Part shown: positions 36,201 through 48,515 of the stretch, one piece after another
Position numbering within the stretch: the first letter of the stretch is position 1
Layout of the letters: every line of letters starts with the position of its first letter
From: Vicugna vicugna
Lineage: Eukaryota
NCBI GenBank assembly: GCA_013265495.1
Contig: MU058584.1
Span: forward strand, 1,400,616-1,464,615
Direction: 5' to 3'
Length of the DNA stretch: 64,000 nt
Notes under the pieces: generated by a model
The model's database searches: none
What the model was told of the DNA's origin: nothing
The model's input: the letters and a program-made list of their open reading frames with translations, nothing else
Program-made: the position numbers and the translations under genes

Positions 36201-39200
36201 ATTAAATGCATAACTTAAATGCCACCCAGTAAGTGTGGCTGATGAGTTTTCTCATGGACGAAATCCATCCTGCATTGTGTCAATTTGCCAACACGAATAA
36301 CGAACACCACCAGTCATGCTGGCATGAAGGAAAGTGAACTGTCACAGGCAAAGCAGAGCTTCGCTTCGCTGTTCTCAGCCAAAAAGACTTAGGGACCTTG
36401 GTCTCACTGTGATTCAATATGGCCATGAGCAGGGCCCACTAGTCCACATGGCCTTCAGGTACATTAGAAACTATCTCCCCTTCCTGTTTGGGTATGCTGA
36501 TTGTATTGGAACAGGAAGCATTACCAGCATCTCCCGAAGAGCCGCCGTGATGAGCATGCAGATCTATGATGTTAGTGTGTGAACTGTGCCTCCCAAGATG
36601 TGGCACTGTGTGTGGAGGCTCTGCCTATGAGCATGGTTGCTGCCAGGCCTGGTTTTACAGATTGTGAAGCAATCTTTAGAAGCCATGGTATGGCACACCC
36701 TCTAAATCTTTGAGGTAGGGAATCATGTAAACCCACTTTGCCCAACAAGATTTTATAACGGAACATATGTTGTGAGAACAAAAAGAATGCCTATGTAATA
36801 GGCTTTTTACTCAATCGTGAAGAAAATTGCTTTATTTGAATTATATTATTCAGTGTTTAATCTACCAAGTACAACCACATCTATGGCAAAGTGATATCCT
36901 AATTAAAAAGGAACTGTTATTCTTATTTAACATCTTCTCATGGTTATATTTTAAAGATAAGGCTGGCTACTTATACTCTAAAAGCTTTATAAAAACTTTG
37001 TCCACACAAAAAGTTGGTGATTATAACCTGCTAAAACTATCCAGCCTAGAAATGCTTCTTAGAGTCAATGTTCCTGTTCCTGCTTCTGGTCCAGGCAGGT
37101 GTCATATAGTCTGGCTATCACTTCTTGCTGTTCACAGAATCAGTCCAGAGTGGTCCACTTCCGCCTGATCTAAACGCCTCACCAGTTCTCCTCTCAACTC
37201 TCGAGGCCCCTGCTCTCATTCATTGTTTATTTCAGTTCCCGTCTTGCTTCATGCTTTGAATTTGGCATGTCCTCGTACCTCTATGTGACAAGGGTCTTAG
37301 TTCCCCCTGACAATCAGCCTGAATTTCCTGCCCAGAATCACCATCGGACTGCTTGAGTAGTGACCTCCTCATCTGAACCGTGCCTCCAAGGATCTTTTCA
37401 CCCTGACTCTATTCTATTAGATTGAAAGTTACTTGAGGACAGGGAACGGGTCGCATTAGTGAGTGCAGAGATGATCGTGTTCAACAAATAAATTTCTTGA
37501 GTGTTGTTGGACAAAATTAGAATGAATTAGGAGGCTCACACAATAGTCTAGTTCAGAGAAGCAAAAATGTAAAATATAAAATAGCTCAATGTCTGTGAAG
37601 CTGAAAATAGGCAACATACACAAAGAATACAAGGTTGGGTGATAGGATATGGTTTCCAGAAGTGACTGAGAATATGCTTGGGAGAATAAAAAGACTTGGA
37701 AGAGTGTTAGGGAAGATGAAACTGTTTCAATTTACCCTTTATACCTATGAGACAATTATGCTGGCGTTAGAGCTTACTAGTAGGCATGAACTCATGACCA
37801 TGAACTATAGGGACGTTTAGAAATGGAAACCACATGTTCTAAGTATTTGCTGCACATCAGAGAGTGCAGTCTTGGCATCCTCTATTGAATGGATGGGTGT
37901 AAACAATGAAACCAGAAAATTCGGAGACAGAAATTAGCAGAAAATCTTGTCAGGGTTTGGGTACAGGGGTTAGGATATTGCCTCCGGTCAACTTCTCTGA
38001 GCCCCTGATAAGTCTTTTGTGAGGTCCCAAAGCGGGTTTCTGTCCTCAGAGCTTGGTGGGATCAATGGAGATGTTCCCATCACATTATGGAAATGAATGG
38101 TTCCACTTAATGTATGGGGTGTCCTCACAATTTACTCATATGAACCGGAGCAGCATCACGCATTATTTTTCAATCCCTTTTATTAAATGTGCTGGGTCTG
38201 ACTCAGCAAACTGCAGGGCCTTGCTGGCCTCTGGACCTGAATGATGAGGATAACTGCATTTATTAAGTTGATAGGCACAATGGTACAGGGCCGCCACCCT
38301 CATCTCCATTTGTTTTTAATCTTATCTAGTCTCTACAAGCGCATGTTTTAAAATCTGATTATTTAACAAACAAGTTGGAGGAAGTGGTGATTTTTAAGAG
38401 ATTTTGAAAATAAAAGCTTACTAAATTTTTTTCCCACTCTTTTCATGTCTTTCCAAGGAAAGGGCAGGAAAAAAGCCATATATCTTCCCACCAGGCTGAT
38501 AACTCTTGATGCTGAGTTAATTGTTGATTCTTAAAAAGCCCTTGAGAGTGGTGTTTATCCCAGTTATTGGAGGATTTCTTTAGAAATGGGTTATTTAGCA
38601 TTTCTTTGCCACCTGCTTTGAAGCTTATTCCCTAATTTCGGGACAAAAGGAAATATCTCCCTTACTGTTCTTTCACATTTAATCTCCATAAGCTGAGATA
38701 AGATTTTTATGGTCTTTGGAAAAAATGTGTCTTCTCTGAGTGCTGGAAAGAGCTGTAACTAAATCCATTAAAATATCATTTCTACTCTTGGGACCGTCTA
38801 CCTGAGACATCACTCTGGGGCAGATGCAAGGTGTCTTTTAGGCAGCCTGGACCCTCTAGTATGGCCTGAGGGCCTCTGAGTTGGATCTGGACCTCTAAAG
38901 ATTGCCCAGTGATCAAGAATCCTTAATCTACCATTGGCTTTCTTTGTATCTCAGTTTCTCATTGTGTATAATTACATCCTTCCTTCACAGGGATTTTATT
39001 GGGTTGCATTGTTAGGCATAAGATCAAGAAAAGTTATTAGTGTTTTTTTTTTCCTCACATCACAACATTAACATAAAGACTAACTGTTTTATAACATTTG
39101 AAACATTGGAGCATTAAGACCACATGTAGAAGGAAGAACAAGTATGCGTATGAGGTGTTATTAGTGATTAGTTAGGGCACAAAGCCAAAAATAAATAGTG

Positions 39201-40489
39201 AATGTCAAAGAGTAGACTCCAATTTACTTTTACTTTGGGTGTTCTAAGAATCTGCATATATTTTTACCAAGTTGTAAAGGTGTGTGGTTTAGTGTAGGCT
39301 ATGTTCTTATCTTCGTGGGTGAATTCCTTTCCCTGGGGTGAGAATCAGTTATTCCTGCCACCTGTGCTAATTTTAACTCAATTCTGAATAACTTGAGTTC
39401 ATCCTCCATTGTTGGAAAGGGTAATTAATGAACCATTAGGAAACAAAGGTTGCATAGCTCCCTCTTCCTCTTCACCTGTCAAACAACTGCTTCATTGAAG
39501 GCAGAGTCCAGAGCTGAGTGTAGAGACAGGCTAAACTGGATCTGTAGGAAGTGGGTGTTTCCATCTTTACTTGTGGTTGCTGTGTTGAACCTCCTGGGTT
39601 TGGTCCATTGACTCAGTTTTCGTTTCCTAGTCAGCGCCGCTCCACATCTGCTCTTCCAATGGATTCCCTGCTTCCAGGGCTGAGTAAAGCTCCAAGCACA
39701 AGCTGTTACAGGACAAAGAGGGGCTGATGATTCTTGCATCTTTTTTAGCACGTTGGAGCTTCAGAGCCTCCTCCCACCTCAGTGATGGCCCCGGGCCTTG
39801 CTCATGGAAAAAAAAAAAAAAGTAAATTAAAACAAGGGTCACTTGCTGTTTCCTGCCTGTGAGGCTTTGTTTGTGATGTGAAGGGAAAGGCGGTATTGGC
39901 GAATGGAAAATATATGAATACAAATAGAAGTACAATGGCTGGACTTAACCCTGATTTGTCAAAGGGTTTCTGCTCTGAAGGCATCGCAAAATATGGCTGA
40001 AGTTGCTACTCAGAGAGGTCAGACAGTAAACGCGGATGACGCGTTTCAGAAAGGACTATAAGATGAGGTGGGAACAAATACAGAACTACGGCATATGAAC
40101 TTCAGATACCACTACCTCTTCCTGGGCTGGTGGCTTCCCCTCCCCTTCCAAGCAGAAATGACTTTCTTTTATTTTTTTTGAAAGAGTATAAGAGTAATTC
40201 ATGATCGTTGTGAAAAATATTAGAACCTACAGATAAAATTAAAGAAGAAAAACGGTAAATATAATCCTACCACAAATATTTAAATAGTTCCCAACTCCTT
40301 GTGCTCTGACTTTATCCTTTTGAATTCCTTTTTAGGTATGCATCCATTCTTCCCCAGGAGGTGAAAAGCCCCTGACCTGGAGAGCCGGGACCATGACGTT
40401 TTCTTTGTAGATATGTTAGTAATCATAGGGAACTTTATTTCAGCTTTTGCCATATAATACATCTTATTCTGGTGACCTAACAAGTATGA

Positions 40490-40670
40490 GCTCATTTAAT
40501 TTTGACAACAACACTGTAGGGTGAATGTTAATCTTCTGTCTATTTATAAATGAGAAAACTGAGGCTCAAAGAAGTCAAGTAACCGACACTGCATCTTGCA
40601 GTTTTTAAGTGATGGAGGTAGGACTGTGAATCAAAGAAGTCTGGCTTCAGAGCCCATGACCCTCACCTTT
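40490..40670 (-). mobile_element. MIR SINE
   Basis: AAATGAGAAAACTGAGGCTCAAAGAAGTCAAGTAAC...GTCTGGCTTCAGAGCCCATG. Confidence 0.8.
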
Positions 40671-40929
40671 ACACTTCAACCCTTCCTCTGTTAGAGACGC
40701 AGTAAAAATCATTAATGATAATCTGATTCTGTAAACATATAAAGGCAGAAGAACTGAGACGAAGAACCAAGTCTCATTGCCCCTAGAGGACTACGCAGAC
40801 CACAGGAGTCTTAATTTTCATTTCTTTGGTCTAAGCTCTACTCAAATCCCTTCCCTTCCCAGGTTAAGAGACCACCGCACCGACAGTGAAGGAAGGTGTG
40901 ATTTAGTGCCCTCCCAGAGAGGGCACAGG

Positions 40930-42120
40930 CTTCAGCTTTGTACGCTGCTAATGTTTGCAAACAGTGCCATATTGATTTTGGCCCTAGCAATGAGAACACA
41001 AACAGCCACACATTATATGCCCTTTTTGCTCAAATGAGAGCAAAGCCTTAATCAGGCCCAGACATTCAGAATCCTATATGAAAGAGACATATATAGGTAT
41101 AAATCCAATAGATGCTTGCCTCTGTCATTTTACTTTAATTGTAATTTTGCAACTTCAACAACAGAAGATCCATTAGGCTTTCCTTCTCAATCAATACACA
41201 ATATATTATCAGTCTAGACGACCAAAAACGACTTGTATAAAACATCAGCGCCTCGCATTTTCATTATGTAAATGGAACTCTGCAGGAGAATTAATTGATT
41301 ATTCAGTTACTATGGATCAGTCTCAGATGTCTTAGTGAGATAAGAGAGAAACTTATCAAGCCTCTCCAGTGACTATAACTTAAAAAGGAACAAGGTACTA
41401 AAAAAAAAAAAGAGAGAGAGAGAGAGAAACACAGAGCACATTTCACTTTCATTGGCAGCCTGGGCAAAACCTATGAAATGCTGAGAGAGAGAAGAAATCC
41501 ATTACCGAGTTTATTAGTGATGGAGTGTCGAGAGTTATTAGGCTGGTTACTGTTTGGGGATCCACATTTTAAAAACCACACAAACAAAACGGTAACACAG
41601 TCAGTGAGAGTCCGCTAGCTGTCTCCCCAGACTCTCAGTGCCCCAAGTAATTCACGCCCAGACCGTATATAATTACAACAGGATTGTTTAAGTAATAAAT
41701 TGACCCCTTTCTTTTTTCTTGCATGGGTGGAGGCTGGAGAATGAAGGAGAGATTTTTTTTTTTTTTTAATCTGTAACTTCGAAGAGATATGAGGGGAATA
41801 GTGACCTCTTTCGGCTCCCTCTTCTTTCAAGTACTGAAGACAAGCAATTGTTCTCATTGCTACTACCGAAGTATATGTGTTTGGTTTCAAATGGATGTGA
41901 TTTGCCTTTAAAAAACACGCAACAACTATACACATTAAGTTCTCCCTTTCAAGCAGAGGCTGATCCGCCCTTATTCAAAGACACTGCCTTTGCTTAGAAA
42001 TGAGATCTCTCTTGGGGGTCACTGCTGACAGCACATTCAGAACACATTGTTAGCGACAGTCTTTTTGGTCCATCAGTTCAGGGTTGTACTTAATTTTTGC
42101 AAATCGTCACTACTCTTCCC
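40930..42120. promoter_or_regulatory. Candidate conserved non-coding element / enhancer cluster
   Basis: About 1.2 kb without recognisable interspersed repeat; ATGTAAAT (41266-41273), TAATTGATTA (41292-41301), multiple TAAT/ACAAT motifs; conservation not verified. Confidence 0.45.
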
Positions 42121-42514
42121 ATACTAAGGTGAAACAGAAGGTTGTTAGCTTAAGGAATATTTCTCTGTTTCAAAATGAGGTTTTGAAAAGCAGCAAAAAC
42201 TCCTGGCTGTAAAGTAATAGCATTTTTTTTTTTTGGCAGTACTCTGCAGGCAAGTTCCAAAATATTGGACACAATGACAACACTGAGGAAGAATATATCA
42301 TGATTCTTAAAGGGGTCACTTTGCAAAACAGTCATCCTGGCTATTCCAAGTATGTTTAATACCAGTCAGGCCAAATCAAGCCAAACCACCTCATGACTTT
42401 GTTTTTACTTTGTGTGTAAGCCAGGCTTAGCTGGTAAAAGTCGGGTATTTTTCATCTGGGGACAAAATACAAAGTAACATGTGATTCGCCTTTGCAAGGA
42501 ATTTTGATGTGGTG

Positions 42515-42990
42515 AACAATTTCCTACAACTGCTGTAACTCATGACCTCAAACGTAGTGGTTGAAAATAATACACATGGATTATCTTATTGCTCTGTAGG
42601 TTAGACGTCTGACACTGTTGTGCTGAAATCAAGGTGTTGGCAGGGCTGTATTCCCAGAGGGGAGCTGGAGCTGGAGCTGGAGGGGACAATCTATTCCTTT
42701 ACCCTTTCCAGACTCTAGAGGCTGCCTGCCTTCCTTTCCTTATGGCCTCCTTCCAATTTCAAACCCAAAGCCAACAACGGCCAGTTGAGTCTTTCTTATA
42801 CTGCGTCACTCTGATGTTGGCTTTTCTCCCTCATTGTAATTACACTGAGCCCAGCAGATAATCCAGGATAATCTCTTTCTGTAGAGTAGCAGTGTGGCAA
42901 TCTTAATCCCCTTTTACCATGTAACAAACAGTCACAGGTTCTAAACATTAGAATGTGGGCACGTTTGGGGGCCAGTTTTCTGCCTGTTAC
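42515..42990 (-). mobile_element. MLT1 (MLT1C/D-like) solo LTR
   Basis: CTGCTGTAAC...GCTGAAATCAAGGTGTTGGCAGGGCTG...GATAATCCAGGATAATCTC...GGGGCCAGTTTTCTGCCTGTTACA. Confidence 0.85.
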
Positions 42991-43899
42991 AGCTACGGCA
43001 CAAGGATGACACTTGCTCTTTTGAGAACATGTCTGTAAAGTGTTCAGCTGCTTTTGGACATTGAACGAGCATTGGGGTAGCTGGAGTATCGATGTTCTAT
43101 TACTATGTTGTTTCCCCCCTACTTCTTATGAAAATGAGAGTATGAGAACAATGAGTAAAGAACTTTCCAGATATAGTTGAAGAAACAGCCATCAGAACTG
43201 CCTACAGATAGCATCAACTACCACATAAGATGTCCCTCTTCCTGGGACTGAGCCCGCATAGGCTGGACAATCACCGGGAGGGAGTATGGTCACTTCGTGG
43301 GACACAATCACTGCAGAGAGAACACTCACCTCTGAGTCAGCGCTCCTTCTCCTCCTGGGATTCCATCATTTAGTGTCTCCAGAGAACTCTGCATCTTACT
43401 CAGCCTACACAAGAGTTGTGAGGTCCAACAGCTCTTGTGTTTCCTTGTGTGTTTCCCCCTACTTTTCTCAGGGTGGCCCCTGCTCCTGTTCAGCACTGAC
43501 ATGCTCCCTTCACGTGATGTATTGAAGGCGAAAATGACAGGCAGATCTGCCGCTGGGTCAGGAATGGGTTTGGCTCTCGGGCAGGCTGGGCCCCCAGCAG
43601 CAACATTCGTTGGGCTTGGGGATAGAGAAACAGCCAGGATCTGATGTAGCAGATACCAAGTCAGTCTCCCTTGTGTTTCCCCAGTCAGGATTCGATCTTC
43701 CCTTGAGAAAAAATCCAGTTATGTGGGTAGAGTTTGGTCTTTCAAATGAGGGCTGAAAGTCCTGCAGTGGATGGACAGTCATATACGATGAAAAACTGTC
43801 TTGCCAAAAATGCTAGTAGGGTACTTACTCCCCCTCTGTGATAAACACTATCTGTATTAGGTTAGTTGGTTGGAATTCAGCTGAAAAACCTTCAGGAGC

Positions 43900-44190
43900 C
43901 AGGCGGAAATCTCACAGGATTGAAGTCAACCTGATGAGGATGGTGGTCAGCTTAGATACCAGGCCCTGCTTAAAATGAGCAGTACCTATCCGCTTAAGCA
44001 GGTGGTTGCCAGGTAACAAATCGGTCCCAGTACTGCTGAGTGTTCTGATTTTTCAAAAGAAGCTGGATACTCAAATCTCAGGTGAAATATCCCCTATGTA
44101 AATGTTAATGACTAATTCACAAGCTTAAAAATTATTATGCAGGCCAAATGGAATAATTTTGAGGGATTAATATTTCTCCCGGGCTGCTGG
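43900..44190. mobile_element. Old hAT DNA transposon fragment (family uncertain, MER102-like)
   Basis: TTCTGATTTTTCAAAAGAAGCTGG...GTGAAATATCCC...GCAGGCCAAA. Confidence 0.4.
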
Positions 44191-44377
44191 GTTTTTTTTG
44201 TTGATTTTAATTATTCAAGTTCTTAAAGGAATTGGGACAGTGATTTTAGGTCATTAGAGGAAAGAGGATAGTGATGTTTGTGAGTGGGGACAAGGGGTGT
44301 GATGGATAAGGGTGCTTTTATTTTTCTCTGCTTCTGGTTCTGCAATTTCCCTTAGCTTTCAGAATCTCTCCTGCATA

Positions 44378-44800
44378 GTCAATCAACAAGCATTTACTGA
44401 GCTCATGCTCATCTTAGAGTGAGTGGTACAGCTGATCAAGACACTGTCCTTTCTCTCAAGAAACTCAAAGCCTGAGCACTTTCTATGGGTAGAAGGTAAC
44501 TCGTTATTCTGATGCAAGAAAGAGCAGTCAATTGTGATAGTGCATGCAAAGTTCTATCACAATAGAAAATAAGCTGAGGAAAATACACACAAGAAAGTCA
44601 TTACTGCTATTACTGAATATTCAAATACTATAAATAAAACCTGAGAACTCTTAGGGGAACAAATTAATTATCAGTTGGAGAAGGTGGGAGAGAGCTGAGG
44701 AGGCAAGTGGGTTTTACACAGGAGATGATAAGCATCTTAGATCTTGAAAGAATAAGTAAAATTTAGAGAAGTTAAAATGAGGAGGCACATCCTCTCTCTT
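44378..44800 (-). mobile_element. L2 3' portion, antisense, interrupted by inverted duplication
   Basis: TCAATCAACAAGCATTTACTGAGC...GTCCTTTCTCTCAAGAAACTCAAAGCC then purine-rich L2-like continuation. Confidence 0.55.
44472..44555. repeat. Left arm of perfect 84-bp inverted repeat
   Basis: Exact reverse complement of 45138-45221, checked base by base. Confidence 0.97.
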
Positions 44801-45137
44801 AGAAGTTTCCCAATCACCTTTAAAAAAGATCAAAAGTCCTTTCCAGCTAAAAATGCAAAATGAAACAAAATAATGTCTCTTTCGACCAAACTTCTCTGTC
44901 CAGCTCTTGCCTATTCTCTTTCCTTCTCTTCAAAACCAAAGTTCTCCAGAGATGCCTACACTCGCTGTATCTGCATTCTCTCCTCTCACCCAGTTCTTTC
45001 ACCCAATTCAACTGAGCTTCTTCCCATCTCTTCAGTAGCATGGCTCTTGGGAAGGGTACCTCTGATCTTTGCTTAAAGATCCCTTTCTTGGAGAAACCCA
45101 GTCACCTCCCTGCTTGGTTGAGTTCTGTGTGGATGTG

Positions 45138-45221
45138 AGAACTTTGCATGCACTATCACAATTGACTGCTCTTTCTTGCATCAGAATAACGAGTTACCTT
45201 CTACCCATAGAAAGTGCTCAG
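45138..45221. repeat. Right arm of perfect 84-bp inverted repeat
   Basis: Exact reverse complement of 44472-44555; 582-bp spacer. Confidence 0.97.
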
Positions 45222-45564
45222 TAAGTACGAGGAGAATAAATGCAGGCGTATCTTTTACCATCTAAAATCCTTCCTGCTCGTTATCCACTACTATGGCCAA
45301 TATGCAAAACCGTTGCTTAAAGAGTTTGATTTTGTTGAGTTTCAGAAGGTAAAAATAATAATGATGATGAAGTAATCTGAGTTGAGGAGGCTATACATTG
45401 AAATTTTAACTTAAGGTAGGGACTTATGTAATTGAGGGTATATCATCCTGACTGACATCTTCTTGGACCAACTGAGACGATTCTATGCCTCATGGAATTG
45501 GCTGAAGCAGCTGGCTTGATTGATCCAGGATGCTCAGAAGGTTTACTGGAAGCCACAGCCCACC

Positions 45565-45602
45565 GCAGCGCTGGTGCAGTGCTGGTGCAGTGCTGGTGCA
45601 GC
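45565..45602. repeat. 11-bp tandem repeat (GCAGTGCTGGT), about 3.4 copies
   Basis: Direct read. Confidence 0.9.
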
Positions 45603-45629
45603 ATAATGTATGGCTGTGATTGTCCCAGT

Positions 45630-45895
45630 GGCACACAGCTGTGTTTTCCAACTTGTTTTTTTATTTTTACTGTCACTCACAGTTAAGAAATACAGTTTTT
45701 GTTGCAACACATGCCCTTATACACACGAAACTGAAGATAGAATGTCATAAAGCAATATTTACTCGTATTATATGAGATACACTCTGATATTTGCTATTGC
45801 ATTCTATTTTACTTTTTAAAATACTTATTGTGAACCACTGATATGATTTCATGACCCATCAGTGGGTCTTGACCTGCAGGTTGAGAAATGCTAGC
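45630..45895. mobile_element. Old hAT-Charlie MITE (family uncertain)
   Basis: GATTTCATGACCCATCAGTGGGTCTTGACCTGCAGGTTGAGAAATGCT terminal motif. Confidence 0.45.
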
Positions 45896-46369
45896 ATATA
45901 CAAAGTCCATTGAACATATCTGTCAATAGTCACCTGTGAAGAATCAGAAGAAAAACATGGAAGGTTGAATTCTCTTACCTCCTTATTTTCAGATTTTGAA
46001 GCACCAGTGAGAAAGTCTTTCCAGCTCTGTTAGTAAACTCTCTTTCCTTCTTCTGCCTTAAACCTGGCCCTCCTAATATGTCCAACCATCTCTCCCTTTA
46101 CATACACCATATTTGCTCACTAATTCTTAATAAAAGGAAAAAAGGAATCCTGCATTCTCATTCTGACTCTTGTCACCTTTCAGCTTCCTCATCCATAAAA
46201 TGAAGGTTGATCAAGTGAGATTATGAATATGGAAAACTTTATAAACTATAAAGATAAAAAAATGGTTATTGTTTTATTTGTCGGAAGTGGGCATCTGATG
46301 CACTCATGGGCATCTGGTCAGCTCCGGACAGACAAGCATCAGAATCTGAATGTCAGGGTCTAAGGCTGC

Positions 46370-46580
46370 ACAGTGGAATGAAAAGAATTTGGGCTGTGGA
46401 GTGACCCAAACTTGCCTGAATTCAGATCAGTGCTGTGACTTACTAAGTATAACTATGAGGTTTTGAGAAATCTATGTAGATTTTCTGAGCCTCTTTCTAC
46501 TCTGTAGAAGGAGGATACATCTGTTTTAAGTATAGCTGTGGGGATTGCATGAAATAATATATACAGAATACTTAACATGT
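46370..46580 (+). mobile_element. MIR SINE
   Basis: CAGTGGAATGAAAAGAATTTGGGCTGTGGAGT...TCTGAGCCTCTTTCTACTCTGTAGAAG. Confidence 0.6.
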
Positions 46581-46631
46581 TTAATAATTTAAAGTAAAAA
46601 GAAGATTCAGAAATCCAGAGAAGTTTTGCCT

Positions 46632-47138
46632 AGAGCACTCCTGTCCACTAGAAACATAAAAGAGCCACATACAAGATTTAAAATTTTCTAGTAGCCATAT
46701 TCAAAAAATTAAAAGAAACAAGTCTAGTTCATTTTAATAATATTTTATTTAATCAAACATATCCAAAATATTATCATTTCAACATGTAACGCATATACAT
46801 AATTATTAAGGAGATACTCTACTTTCATTTCTACAAAGTACTTGAAATCCCATGAATATTTTATGTCTATAAACATCTCCATAAAAATGCTCCATTTTAT
46901 CAGAAATACTTGATATCTATTTAGGTTTCATCAAATTTATAAGGGAAGAGTAGTTTCACACACCCAAGTAGTTATAGACCTTCTTGAATGTTTTCCAATA
47001 ATTGAATGAATGGTCAGTTTTTAAATGCACATTAATTAAAATTGGTTAAAATTGAGACCTTATTTCCTCAGTCCCACTATCCACATTTCAAGTGTGCAGG
47101 AGCCCCCTGTGGCTCGTGGCGGCCATATTGGGCAGCTC
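46632..47138. mobile_element. MER33/Charlie5-type hAT element
   Basis: CTGTCCACTAGAAACATAAAAGAGCCACAT...TTTTCTAGTAGCCATATT...CCACATTTCAAGTG...GTGGCGGCCATATTGGGCAGC. Confidence 0.8.
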
Positions 47139-48177
47139 AGGCCTAGAAGGTGTCTTCCTCCAACCCCACGTCAGCAGGATCTGGGAGGCCTCTGCCAGGT
47201 CTTGATGGAGCATGAACACAGAGGTGTCCTCTGGAGGACCGCGAGATTGAGAAAGGCAGAGTTTATAAAAGAGTATCCAGAAACATTAGAATTCTCTGTG
47301 GAGGCCCTGGGAACAGAAGGCAGGAATCAACGATAGCTAATATCCACTCTTCTCTACTAGCCAACAAGCTGTCTTCTCCCTGTAAAATATAAAATGAGGG
47401 AGTTGGGTGGGAGAGGGGTCACATTCTGGTCCAAACTTCAGTACCTCCTCCCTGGAATAGGGACACAAAGGACAGCCGTGAAAAATGAGCAAGGACCTGG
47501 CTGATGAGGGGAGCTGGCAGGAAATGAGTGTATATTGAGAACATGGCTGGGGAAAGCTGAAAAGCGAGTGACATATTAATTGCCCACAGGGATCATCAAG
47601 GAAGGGGAAAACTGCTCAGAGAGGTCCAAGAGATCAGAAGGAGGGGCTGAGGAATTAAATTCGGGAAAAGAAAACATCAAGTAAGTTCAGCACAGGGATA
47701 AAGTTCCTGAGTATAGGAGACATCAATCTGAGAAACAGACTCTCCAAGGGAGAAGCGAGAAAATCAAGACTTCAAACTTTACAGCTCAGCCAGTCGTAAC
47801 ATCGGGGATGAGGAACCATGCTGTTCTTGCTCTGAACGATGGGATAGACTAATAATTCAAAAAATGAAATATATAATTTTACACTTGGAAGGGAACTAGT
47901 AAGTTATTTAGATGAGGAACCTCATTTTATAAGGGGGCAAGTTGAATTCTATCACATCTCTAAATAGCAGTGGGATCAGAAGTAGAACCTATTGCTCTAA
48001 TTGTCTGTCAAATACTCAGTCTATGATCTATTGTCTACTCATTTTCAACAACTTTTTGGACATTTATTAATGAATCTGTAAAGCATCAATAGCGTATGTC
48101 TTTGATCCTTCTCTGGTTAAAAGAGAAAATTGGAGCCTTGAGTTAGTGTAGGTTAGGGGAGCTTCCTGTGGGTATCT

Positions 48178-48515
48178 GCAGCCATGCTATCCAATATGGT
48201 GGCCACCAGCCACCTGGAGCTATTGAGCACCTGGCCCGTGGCTAATCTAAATTGAGCTTTGATGTACACACTGGATATTTTAGACTTGGTACAAGAATGT
48301 TAACTATCTCATTACATCCATGTACATTAAAATACATTTTAATGTATAAAATATATTCTAATGTAATGACTACACATTGGAATAAACACATTTTTAACAT
48401 GTTTAGCTAAATAAAAATATTATTAAATTTATATTGCTTTTTAAAAATATTTTTAATGTGATTACTAGAAAATTTAAAATTACATACATGGCACTATTAT
48501 GCTTTTGTCAGCTTG
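48178..48515. mobile_element. MER33/MER3-type hAT element, opposite orientation to 46632-47138
   Basis: GCTATCCAATATGGTGGCCACCAGCCACCTGGAGCTATTGAGCAC...ACTAGAAAATTTAAAATTACATACATGGC. Confidence 0.8.

Noticed and set aside
42660..42682. (GGAGCT)n short tandem repeat
   Set aside because: Ordinary slippage expansion inside an MLT1 LTR
44472..45221. Inverted repeat read as TIRs of a novel 750-bp MITE
   Set aside because: No TSD (flanks CTCAAAGC vs TAAGTACG), and the arms and interior look like pre-existing decayed L2 sequence
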